Assembly: GCF_001194135.2 (NCBI RefSeq)
Contig: NC_068994.1
Coordinates: 58,019,651-58,083,650, forward strand
Direction of reading: 5' to 3'
From: Octopus bimaculoides
Lineage: Eukaryota
Length of the DNA: 64,000 nt
This document shows positions 14,037-25,292 of this stretch, in pieces. Both the position numbers and the translations under genes were made by a program. The notes under the pieces were generated by a model, which saw only the letters and a list, made by a program, of their open reading frames with translations, was not told where the DNA came from and did not search any database. The stretch's first letter is position 1. Every line of letters starts with the position of its first letter.

Positions 14037-14082
14037 AACACAACGTTTTGGCTGATATACCCTCCAGCCTTCATCAGGTGTC
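14037..14082 (-). ncRNA. Minimal type-I hammerhead ribozyme motif (Penelope-like-element type), G12->A, probably inactive
   Basis: Minus strand GACAC-CUGAUGA-A-GGCUG-(10 nt)-CAGCC-aAAA-CGUU-GUGUU: stem I GACAC/GUGUU, stem II GGCUG/CAGCC, palindromic ACGU stem III, GUU site. Confidence 0.65.
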
Positions 14083-14103
14083 TTGGGAAATTTCGAACCT
14101 GGG

Positions 14104-14329
14104 TTCTCCTTCCTAAGGTATTTTTTGATGTTAATATTATTCAGGTCACTGCCTGGAATCGAACTCAGAATCTTGGGGTTAGTAGTCTGTGCTCTTAACC
14201 ACCACGCCATATGCCCGTGGTGTAGTGGTTAAGAGCGCAAGCTACTAACCCCAAGATTCTGAGTTCGATTCCAGGCAGTGACATTAATAATAATAATAAT
14301 GACATCGAAAAATACCTTAGGAATGAGAA
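14104..14329. repeat. Palindrome of two head-to-head tRNA-like (SINE-head) units
   Basis: Arms 14104-14209 and 14218-14329, 8-nt spacer; each arm has an A-box-like TGGYGTRGTGG and a B-box GTTCGATTCC, pointing outwards. Confidence 0.85.
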
Positions 14330-15228
14330 TTGGTAAGCTGGAGAGCTGCACCAGGTTCCAGTCTGATTTGGCCTGGTTTCTATGGCTGGATGCCTTTCCT
14401 AACACCCAACCACTCCAAGAGTGTAATGGGTGTTCTTAATGTGCCACTGGCATAGGTGCATTTACATTCCACCAGCAAGGGTTCCATGCCTAGAGAATAT
14501 CACAAAAGCACACACACACACACCCAAAGCTGACACTGGAGCTCAATATGGCCCTGTGGCTTGTTGAATTTTGTTAAACTGTCCAACACATACCAGTATG
14601 GAAAATGTATATAGAATATAAAGATGCATGCAACATATATTTCTCTAAGCATGGAACCCTTGCTGGTGGAATGTAAAAGCACCCATGCCATTGGCACATT
14701 AAGAACATCCATTACACTCTTGGAGTGGTTGGGCGTTAGGAAGGGCATCCAGCCATAGAAACCATGCCAAAACAAGACTGGAACCTGGTGCAGCTCTCCA
14801 CGTTACCAGTTCCAGTCAAACTGTCTAACCCATGCCAGCATGGAAGACAGATGCTAAATGATAATGATGATGATACACACACACACACACACACACACAC
14901 CACTCTTATCTACACACATACAGACATCAGTCCCAGATACTGTCTCTGTTGCCNNNNNNNNNNNNNNNNNNNNNNNNNNNNNNNNNNNNAACCCCACATG
15001 ATTATAATCAATGTTCTAATGCCGTTTTATTGTGGTAATTGACTTACAATAGATTGGCTGTTGGCCAACACACACACACTGCAACACATCTCTACATAGA
15101 CATCTGGATGTATTCTATATACATACAATATATATATGTATACACATGCCTTTATATGTATATATGTACATATATGTGTATACACATGCATATATATGTA
15201 TGTGTGTGTGTATACACATATATATTTC

Positions 15229-15312
<84 letters not shown>

Positions 15313-15594
15313 TACATTTGTACGTAGTTCTGTGTCGTGTATATGTATATAAGCATTTCTGAGGGTTTCTTCATCCATATAATTATATTTATGTCTAACA
15401 CACATACACACACACATGTGTATGTTTGAGTTTACAAATAAGTGGAAAAAGTACTCAATACAGATAAGTAGAGCATAATTATTTCTGGTGCTAAGATTAT
15501 TTTGTTAATTAGTTTTCTGAGGATCTCTTAATCATATAACATGATCGTTAATACTCTGAGTAGAAATTCTCACGTCAAGCTGTGCTTGTATATA

Positions 15595-15915
15595 TACAAG
15601 CACAGATGTAGCTGTGTGGTAAGAAGTTTTCTTCCCAACTATATGATTCTGGGTTCAGTCCTACTGCATGGCATCTTGGGCAAGTGTCTTCTATTATAGC
15701 CAAGCTGACCAAAGCCTTGTCAGTGGATTTGGTAGATGGAAACTGGAAGAAGCCCATTGTATATATGTATATCTATATGTGTGTGCTTTTGTGTCAGTGT
15801 TTGTCCTCTACCACCACTTGACAACCATTGTTGGTTTGTTTACGTCCCTGTAACTGAGCAGTTTGGACTGAGAGAATAAGGACCAGGATTTAAAAAAAAA
15901 AGTACTAGGGTTGAT
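15595..15915 (+). mobile_element. tRNA-derived SINE family 2 (other copies about 5025-5175-, 5905-6055-, 6130-6420+, 50335-50500-, 51945-52155-)
   Basis: gctgtgtggtaagaagttt...gggttcagtcc...gggcaagtgtcttcta...aaagccttgt...tttggtagatggaaactg shared among copies. Confidence 0.8.
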
Positions 15916-16728
15916 TCATCATCATCATCGTTTAATGTTTGCTTTCCATGCTGGCATCAGTTGGACGGTTTGACTGGGGACTGGCTCCTGTGCAGGTACC
16001 ACGTAAAAAATACCTTTTGAGCGAGATCGTTGCCAGAACCGCCTGACTGGCCCTCATGCCAGTGTCACGTAAAAGCACCCCCTACACTCTCAGAGTGGTT
16101 GGCATTAGGAAGGGCATCCAGCTGGAGAAAGTTTTCCAGATCAGATTGGAGCCTGGTGCAGCCTCAGTCAAACCGTCCAACCCATGCCAGCATGGAAAGC
16201 GGACGTTAAACGACGATGACGATGACGATGATGATATAAATATTTAGCAGAAGCAGCCGAGTTACTCAGGGGCTGAGAGTTTCGTGTTTTGGTATGTACG
16301 ATTGGTGCTTGCACTTGACACTTCGAGTCCTCTTCAGTCACTCCCTCACTTCTGCTGATTGTTCAGGAAGAAAACGCACATAAATACACACATGCATACA
16401 CACACACACACAACACACGCACCATACATACCATACACACATGCACTGTACATACATATCATGCACACATACATAAATGCATGCACTCATATACACATAC
16501 ATACATGTGTATACATATTTCTTCATATGCATGTGTATAAATATATCTATTTGTGTGTGTGTGTGTGTCAACCTTTTCCTCACCACCTTTCTTATGAAAT
16601 GATAATGTTGATTAGTGTTTGCCATTACAATATCATTATCGATTTATTTACATTGTGTTCATCTGAACTTTTGGCTGCGGTGGTCATGGACGGTGCCAAT
16701 TCCTCCGCTACTTCCCTCCCACCCCCAC

Positions 16729-16776
<48 letters not shown>

Positions 16777-17434
16777 NNNNNNNNNNNNNNNNNNNNNNNN
16801 NNNNNNNNNNNNNNNNNNNNNNNNNNNNNNNNNNNNNNNNNNNNNNNNNNNNNNNNNNNNNNNNNNNNNNNNNNNNNNNNNNNNNNNNNNNNNNNNNNNN
16901 NNNNNNNNNNNNNNNNNNNNNNNNNNNNNNNNNNNNNNNNNNNNNNNNNNNNNNNNNNNNNNNNNNNATATATATACACACACACACTTGTACAGATAAT
17001 GTCTGTTTAGAAATCTGAACTTCAATTAGTTTGGATCTGGCAGCAAATACAACTTATCAACAACATAAATATTGTGTGTGTATATATATGTGATATATGT
17101 CATTGCTATTATGGTAAACTGTTGTATGTCCAAGTTTGACCAAATGCGTTTTTTTCAATATTTATTTCTGCTTGCAATAGCCGGTTCTTTTGGTCAAACT
17201 ATCGTATCTCCAGCTGCTTTGGATGCCAAGATACAGTTTTTCGATATTATTTCGTTTTCTGAAAAAGCAACATTTTGAACATACAACACTTTTGCAGAAT
17301 AGAAACTTGCTTATTTTCCCTCAGCCTCTCCTGTAGCCTGCCAAATGAAACACCAGCACTTATTACTAACTATTCCTGTATATCTGCTACATGATGTTCA
17401 CCCAACCTGCCTTGTGTCCCTGTCACCTCTCATA

Positions 17435-17650
17435 CGAGGGTTTGCTGAAAAGTTCCTGGCTTTGGGTAAAGGAGGATCAGTTAATTATGATTCTATTCAA
17501 CATATTCCCCTCTCAGATTCACATACTTATTGCTGCAGTCCTTCAGTTTTTCTAAGCTCTGTAAAAGAACTCGGAAAGTTGGGTCTCCAACCAGGCCTTT
17601 CGCAATACCCTTAAAGCCAGGAACTTTTCATCACCCCCCCCCCCCTTGTG
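17435..17650. mobile_element. Mariner-derived MITE
   Basis: TA-cgagggtttgctgaaaagttcctggcttt ... aaagccaggaacttttcatcaccc...-TA terminal inverted repeats; the TIR resembles the end of the mariner remnant at 29733. Confidence 0.75.
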
Positions 17651-18067
17651 TATATCTATGGTTTACATTGGTTAAACTATTTGGGTTCCCTCTCTATACT
17701 TCATCTGTATATTAAACATGGCCACTTCCCAGTTGGCAGCAAAATTTTGTTAAATTTTTTGTTGTTGCTGTATTTACTTTCAGATATCTTTTATTCTAGA
17801 TGTTGCTTCCATGCTTGGAACTTTTTCTCTGATTCTTTGACTGATTCATTTATAAGAATTACATCAGTCCTTCTTGAACTCTTCTCTTATCTCTTGGAAC
17901 TATAAACAGGAGGGGACTGAGAATGAACTTTGCTAAATTCCTCTCTGAATTATTATTCACTAGTATCCACCTTGTTACCTACTAGCATCCACCCTGATAC
18001 ACATCATTATCCACCCTCATATCCTAGTTCAGGGTCTGTCTCTAATATGTATTTCTCTATTTTCCAG

Positions 18068-18221
18068 GTGAGCAATAAACCAAGCCCAATTGCATTAGAA
18101 CCATTAAATGGTCAAAAGGCAGCAGTACTGTCGCTCCTTGTCCAACTCCCCTGTGGTGATGAGGACTATACTCCGAGTAATCAATCAGGACTGGCTATTG
18201 CCAGTGCCCTCGTATCTCTAG
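18068..18221 (+). CDS. ATRN: Attractin-family gene, penultimate coding exon
   Basis: tccag|GTG...CTA G|gtgagt, 154 nt, phase 0->1; VSNKPSPIALEPLNGQKAAVLSLLVQLPCGDEDYTPSNQSGLAIASALVSL, matching attractin PIALEP..G.KAAVLS..V.LP...GLA.ASALV. Confidence 0.95.
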
Positions 18222-18283
18222 GTGAGTATCAAAAGCACAAATGGACAGCCTTTTATATAATTCTCTTTAGGTTGTTGTTTATG

Positions 18284-18321
<38 letters not shown>

Positions 18322-18481
18322 TGAGGAGGGTAAAATGGATATAATAATAGATTACTTTATTTTTTCTGTCTCCGATGAAGGGAAGTACTGGATCTTCCCA
18401 GAAACAGCTGTAAGACTCTATCCATAAAATAATTCTCCAACCTTACCTTTGCTCTCTTTATCTTTTTGTTTTTTATATATT

Positions 18482-18573
<92 letters not shown>

Positions 18574-19031
18574 CCTCTCTCTCTCTCTGTAGCTTTCATT
18601 TAGAACTCAGAAAGATTGCATAATTTGGCCAGTAACAATGTACAACATCAGTGCTGGTGCCACATAAGATCTCTGGTGATGGTGTCACATTAAAAGCATT
18701 GGTGCTAGTGTCATGTAAAAACCACCCAGTGCCACCCTATAAAGTGGTTGGCATTAGGAAAGGCATCCAGCCGTAGAAACCTTACCAAAGTAGGTTGGAA
18801 CCTGGTGCAGCTCCCCAGCTTTCAGTCAAACCATCCAACCCATGCCAGCACGGAAAACGGACGATAAATGATGATGATGGCAAGATTTCCATGAAAGCAC
18901 TGCTTCCCCAGTGCAGAAGATGGCTGGATGTAGAGGCTCTCTTGTTGCCTTGCTTTTTGTTGTTGTTTTCCGATATTACCCTTCTCTCTCTCTGTGTCTA
19001 ATAGCTGTTGTTTCTTTTCCATTTTCTTCAG

Positions 19032-19126
19032 GTAATCCACGAAAACAAAGCTGTGAACCCAACAAAAGTGACAAAAACAAACACCGAAGACATATACACC
19101 AATCACATCCCGATGCATGTATATAG
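19032..19126 (+). CDS. ATRN: Attractin-family gene, last coding exon
   Basis: ttcag|GT AAT...ATA TAG, phase-1 start compatible with the previous exon; GNPRKQSCEPNKSDKNKHRRHIHQSHPDACI*, ending in CI like vertebrate attractins. Confidence 0.88.
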
Positions 19127-20052
19127 CAACGCTTAGTGTACATATATACACCCACACACATGCACTCACATGTACAGACTTACACACATAGGCAGACACA
19201 TACACACACACGCACGCACACTTACACGTGCATGTCTACACACGTGTGTGTGTAGACATGTATGCATGTGTATGTGTAGTTGAGTGTTTGGGTGTGTGTA
19301 TGCAATATTAATAATGATAATAATTAATAATTAATACTAATAATAATTATAATAATAATAAATTCAACAAATTTGTAAATAGTGATATAAAGAAAAAAAA
19401 AAAAGAAAATTTGCAACAAAAATTCAATGTAAAAAAAAAAAACCCCGCAAGACGTAACAAAAAACGTAAAATTCACCACACTTGACGATGATGAGTGATG
19501 ATAATAATAATAATAATAATAATTGTTTGATATGTAAAAAAAAAATATATAAAATATTGCAAAAAATACAACAACAATAAAAAAAACATTTTTCTTTTAA
19601 AAAAAATACTAATTTGTGAAGAAAAAAAGGCAGAAAAAAAAGAAAAGAAAAATAAACATTAAACCAAACAAAACAGAAAAAGAACAGTGTTACACCAGCA
19701 GCAGCAGCAGCAGCAGTAGAGGGGGTATGAAGATGAGAGAAGGATGACGATGGTGGTGGAGGGGGGGGGCAGAAGGAGGGTGATATTTCCTGTGCGTTTT
19801 TTGTTGTTTTTTTTTGCTTTTTGTTATTTCCTTCTTCCTTTCTTTTTTTTTCTCTCTCTCTGGTGTCCACGGAAATGTGAAGAAAACGAATGTGAGTGAG
19901 ACGAAAGCTGTAAGACGGAAATTTAAAACTAGTTTAAACCTTGCTGTTTCTTTACATTTCACATTCTGGAAGCTTCTAATTATTATTATTATTATCATCA
20001 TTATTATTATCATCATCATCATCATTATTGTTGTTGTTGTTGTTGTCGTTTT

Positions 20053-20270
20053 AAGGTAGCGAGCTGGCAGGATTGTTCGCACGCTGGGCAAAAATGCTTG
20101 GCGGCATTTCGTCCGTCTTCACATTTTGAGTTCAAAACTCCGCCGAGGCCGACTTTGCCTTTCATCTTTCCAGAGTTGATAAAACAAGTACCAGTTGAAC
20201 ACTGGGGTTGATGTAATCAACTTAACCCCTACCACCGAACTTGCTGGCTTTGGGCCAAAATTTGGAACCA
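20053..20270 (+). mobile_element. tRNA-derived SINE family 1 (other copies about 2028-2222+, 35545-35745-, 35760-36000-, 36192-36380+, 37970-38100-, 47180-47403-, 47555-47780-, 55395-55605-, 55635-55850-)
   Basis: aaggtagcgagctggcag...gagttcaaa (A/B boxes), conserved body gactttgcctttcatc...aagtaccagtt...ctggggttgatgtaatc, simple-repeat flanks; many copies. Confidence 0.85.
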
Positions 20271-21524
20271 TTATTATCATTTTTATTATTATTAAAACGA
20301 TGGTGGTTGGCAGAGGAAATAAAGGATTATTCGGTAATGACAAAGAATTGGTTCAGCATTGGACCCTGGGTGGAGTATTGGTTAATGCTGAAGAATTTAG
20401 GGATTTAGGAATGGAGAAGTATTTAATAGCATTCTTTTACATTTAAAGTGCAAATCGTACTCAGGTCGACTTTGCCTTTCATCCTTCCGTCCGTGGGATC
20501 GGTCGATAAAGAAAGCACCAGTCATATTCTGGGGGCAGGAGTAATTTGACTATTTCCCTGCCCCCACCAATTTTGTGGCCGCATACCTATGATATGGTGG
20601 GAGAAATGGTCGTAATGGGTGAGTTAGTGGCAGAATTGTGACTCTGGTGATCTGGTGGCTGTTATGCTTGACTTACGATGGGAACAATGGAGTGTTGGCA
20701 CTTATGGTGGAGCACCAGACTAAATAGCTTTCCGGATTTAGTTGCATCCCTGCATATCCCGAATTCAAATCATATCAAGGTGGATGAAATAAGTACCAGG
20801 TATATACTGGTACAAAACAACTCACTGAAAAGACTATAGTCCCACATGAAAATAACGTCAGCATCACCATTAACAATTTTGGAATTTGTATTTTATACGA
20901 CTTTAGTTGGTTGACCATTTTCTCTTTATACATTCATACATAAACAACACACTCACACATATATATACATATGAACATACACATATATATATGTATATAC
21001 ACATATTCTGCCAGGGAAGAGGAGAAGGCAGAGACGAACTTTCATCAGGTGACCTGTGTTGTCTTGGTGTATTTTGTCACATCTCTGTTACATTGTGAGC
21101 TTGAATTCTGCCGGGGTGGGGGTGGGGGGTGGGGGTAAGGGAGCTGGCTTTAGAATAAAATATCGTATTGGGGGGCTGTTGATGCTATTGTCACCATCCT
21201 TCCTCCACATCATTCGTGGACCTTGGTCCTTGTGGTTTTAGCTAAGAAATTATCATTTTTTTTTTATTACAGCCACCTCCTCACCACCCGCTGCAGTAGT
21301 CATCATCATTGTCATTGGATAAAAGCTTCTTATACTTCCCCGCTTGCACCCTCACATGGTGCTGTGTGGTGGTGCCTTAATTGTAGTATTGTAGAGTGTG
21401 TAGTGGTGGAGTGTTTGGTAAGGAGAGGACATAGTCTGTATTAAAAGTGAATTCATTCTGCATTTGTTATGTTCATTGTATTTGCTGCTATGTCAATACC
21501 ATATTAATGCTGGGTTAATGTGGA

Positions 21525-21900
21525 AGCGCAATGGCCCAGTGGTTAGGGCAGTGGATTCGCGGTCATAGGATGGCAGTTTCGATTCCCAGACTGGTCATTG
21601 TGAGTGTTTATTGAGCAAAAACACCCAAGGTTCCATAAGGCTCCAGCAGGGAGTGGTGGCAAACCCTGCTGTATTCTTTCACCACAACTTTCTCACTCTT
21701 TCTTCCTGTTTCTGTTGTGCCTGTAATTCAAAGGGCCAGCCTTGTCACACTGTGTCACACTGAATCTCCCCCTGAGAACTACGTTAAGGGTATACGTGTC
21801 TGTGGAGTGCTCAGCCACTTGCACGTCAATTTCACAAGCAGGCTGTTCCATGGATCAGACCAACTGGAACCCTCGTCGTAACCGACGGAGCACCACTGGG
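21525..21900 (+). mobile_element. tRNA-derived SINE family 3 (second copy about 48808-49075)
   Basis: tggcccagtggttaggg...gtttcgattcc head; shared tail ctgagaactacgttaagggtatacgtgtctgtggagtgctcagccacttgcac. Confidence 0.75.
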
Positions 21901-22400
21901 TTAATATGAGGCAGTGAGCTGGCAGACTCGTTATCATGCGGGGCAAAATGTAATATTGAGTTAATATGAGATTGTGACATGNNNNNNNNNNNNNNNNNNN
22001 NNNNNNNNNNNNNNNNNNNNNNNNNNNNNNNNNNNNNNNNNNNNNNNNNNNNNNNNNNNNNNNNNNNNNNNNNNNNNNNNNNNNNNNNNNNNNNNNNNNN
22101 NNNNNNNNNNNNNNNNNNNNNNNNNNNNNNNNNNNNNNNNNNNNNNNNNNNNNNNNNNNNNNNNNNNNNNNNNNNNNNNNNNNNNNNNNNNNNNNNNNNN
22201 NNNNNNNNNNNNNNNNNNNNNNNNNNNNNNNNNNNNNNNNNNNNNNNNNNNNNNNTCTTCCATGTCATCAGCTTGAAAAATTGCTAAGACATTAAGATAT
22301 TTTCTTAACATAAAACCAATGGTAGCCTTAAGACACAAATAAAGAAATTCTATCCACCAATGTGGTGTTGAGCACTTGTTCTTGTCATATGACATTTATG

Positions 22401-22465
<65 letters not shown>

Positions 22466-24101
22466 GTACACAGACATGCTAATATTGTACAGTGCGAATG
22501 AGTGTTCAACACTGCACTGGTGGATAAATATTCTTTATTTGTTGTTATCAAGGTTACCATTAGTTTCATGCAGTCAATTCTCAACAATTAACAAGCCTGT
22601 CACATGGGGTGTTGGTACCTGTCTCCAGCGATAATGATGATGGCAGGTGTAGGTACAGAGCTGATAGAGTATAGCGTGATATCAGTGTATTTGGGGGCAA
22701 GATGACTTTTTCTATGTAGTCATCATCAATACGAAAGATAGTTGTCGTAATTCCACATCCCCACCACTACCACTGTTACTACCACCCACCAACACTACCA
22801 CCACATAAGCATCACCATGGCCACCACTAAAACCACGATTGGTTCTCTGTAACAATTATCATCACCCTAGCTACCACCACCACCACCACCACTACCCATC
22901 AGTAGGGTCGGCCCATAACCACAATAAAGTTGACAGTTAATCCAGACTCAGCAGATGCTGCTGTTGCCACCACCACCACCATAATGACCAATTGTCATGT
23001 ATATCTTTCTTTTACTGACCACATGTGTCTTGGGGCTGGATCCCAGGCTTCCTTTGCAGTGCAAACAATGGTGTATGGCTCACTGATACACCACCACTCT
23101 TACAGGCGGCAGTGGGATACACAGCCCTGCACTGATGATGCATTACAGGTGCAGCTGTCGGTCCCCCTGACTGCACTGATAAACCACTGCTATATTATTG
23201 CTGTGTTAGTGCAATTTGTGTTATACTGTGATAGAGTAGGTTCTTATTTTCACTTATTCATGTCTACATACATTTTGACATAAGTCTCATATATATACAT
23301 ATATATATATAAACTTATATACAGGGTGACAGCACTAAGCAGTGATGTGTATAAATAGATACTTGTTGCCAATTCAAATCTGCTGGATGCATATTTGAAC
23401 TCCTAATAAAGCCATTCAAAATACAGTGAATGGCTATGTTATGGGTTCAAATATGCCTCAAGCATGTACGAACTGGTAACAAGTTTGTGGGTGTATACGT
23501 ATACATACACATACACACTTAATGCCTTTGTGTATTCTGTACCATGTCTTTGTTTTTTCTGTTTTTTTAACTGTGTAGGTGGTCAGTCAGTTATGTTGGC
23601 TGTAATTTGGTGTAAAACCAATTAAAAACAAAGATATTAGTGAGTGTGGAATATATACACAAATGCTTGATGACATTCAGGGGCTGAGTTGCTTAGAAAT
23701 TAAATTTACTCTTTAAATTTTATGCTGTGTTTGGACAAACTTATTACAACCTCCTTCAGTGTCGGGACACTCACCTCTCTGGATGGGATTTTGGTCAAAC
23801 TGAAAGTCTATCTCCATGCATTTAACTTTTCTCTGAAGTTCACACCCAGCTTTTACTTCTTAGTGCAAAGGGCCACACGAATCTTGAAGATTCCCTTTCT
23901 CTGTGTTTCAAGGAACTCTCCATCTTGAGATGTTCCCAGCATGTTTCTTCTCTGTCCAAACTATGATAAACTTCCTGAGCAACGAAGCTCCTTATGTTCT
24001 CATTACATTGTCCTACATTCAACCATGTTTTGTTTTTGTGGGTTTCATCACCCATAGTCCCCGCGGCTGTACTGGCTTTCTATCTTCACCATAAGTGTCT
24101 C

Positions 24102-24136
<35 letters not shown>

Positions 24137-24250
24137 NNNNNNNNNNNNNNNNNNNNNNNNNNNNNNNNNNNNNNNNNNNNNNNNNNNNNNNNNNNNNNNN
24201 NNNNNNNNNNNNNNNNNNNNNNNNNNNNNNNNNNNNNNNNNNNNNNNNNN

Positions 24251-24287
<37 letters not shown>

Positions 24288-24880
24288 TACACGTGTGTGT
24301 GTGTGTGTGTGTGTTGAAGTTAAAATATATATAAATACTGTGTCATATATTGTGTACTACCTTTGATTTACAAACTGTAACCTGCCATATATTTATGGTA
24401 GGTTGACAGCAGAACCAGCAGTGTGTGGCAGAATTAATAACGAGTGTTCTGATTTCAATCTTAGCTCCACTTTACCTTCATCATTCTCCAAAGCACAATA
24501 AAAGAAATAATGGAGCCAATGTAATGAAATGGACCTTAAAAGACGATACCCCAGCATAGTCACAGTGCCATGTTAGGAACCAGTCAAAGGATATGCTTAC
24601 ATCTAGGTACACACAGTCATTTTATTTGTGTGTGTGTGTGTACAGACACACTTGCTGATCTGTCAGTTTTTCTCAAACGCAGGGAGAGCCCTCTTTGCTC
24701 TTAACCTTTCACCTTTGTCTGACATTGAGGAGGTAATGTCCTGTATATTTACATATCACTGCAGTGGGACCTACACTGCTTCATTCTCCACTCACCATCC
24801 ACAAAGTGTGAATGCAGGGCACGGACATTCTGATGGTGGTTTCAGTGGTGGACAGATTCCTCTTTAAATAGCAAGCTGTA

Positions 24881-24919
<39 letters not shown>

Positions 24920-25252
24920 ACACGCAGAGTTTTGGTTTCTGGAACAAGAATACTCGATAACTGTTTTAAAGAATTTTGTTTTTCTTTGATGTCAAGGAAA
25001 CTGGTAATTCCTTCTGTTGCAACTCTGAATTTCTCACTCAGATGTAATCTGTTGGGGGGACAATAAAATATCATTTTGCTGTCATCTGAAAGGTTTCAAT
25101 GAAACCAAATAACTCTGAGTAGCAACTCATTTGAATCGTGAGTAAATAAATTAATAGATACTCCTGTTTGTATGCATTTAAATATTTATGTAGATGACTG
25201 TATATTCACATAACGATATACACTTCTGCACACACACACACACACACACACG

Positions 25253-25292
<40 letters not shown>

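Noticed and set aside
14218-14282. Bona fide tRNA gene
   Set aside because: No acceptor stem or clean anticodon arm; it is a SINE-type head within a palindrome.
16262-16345. CUGAAGA...GAAAC on the minus strand, hammerhead-like
   Set aside because: Stems I and II cannot be drawn convincingly.
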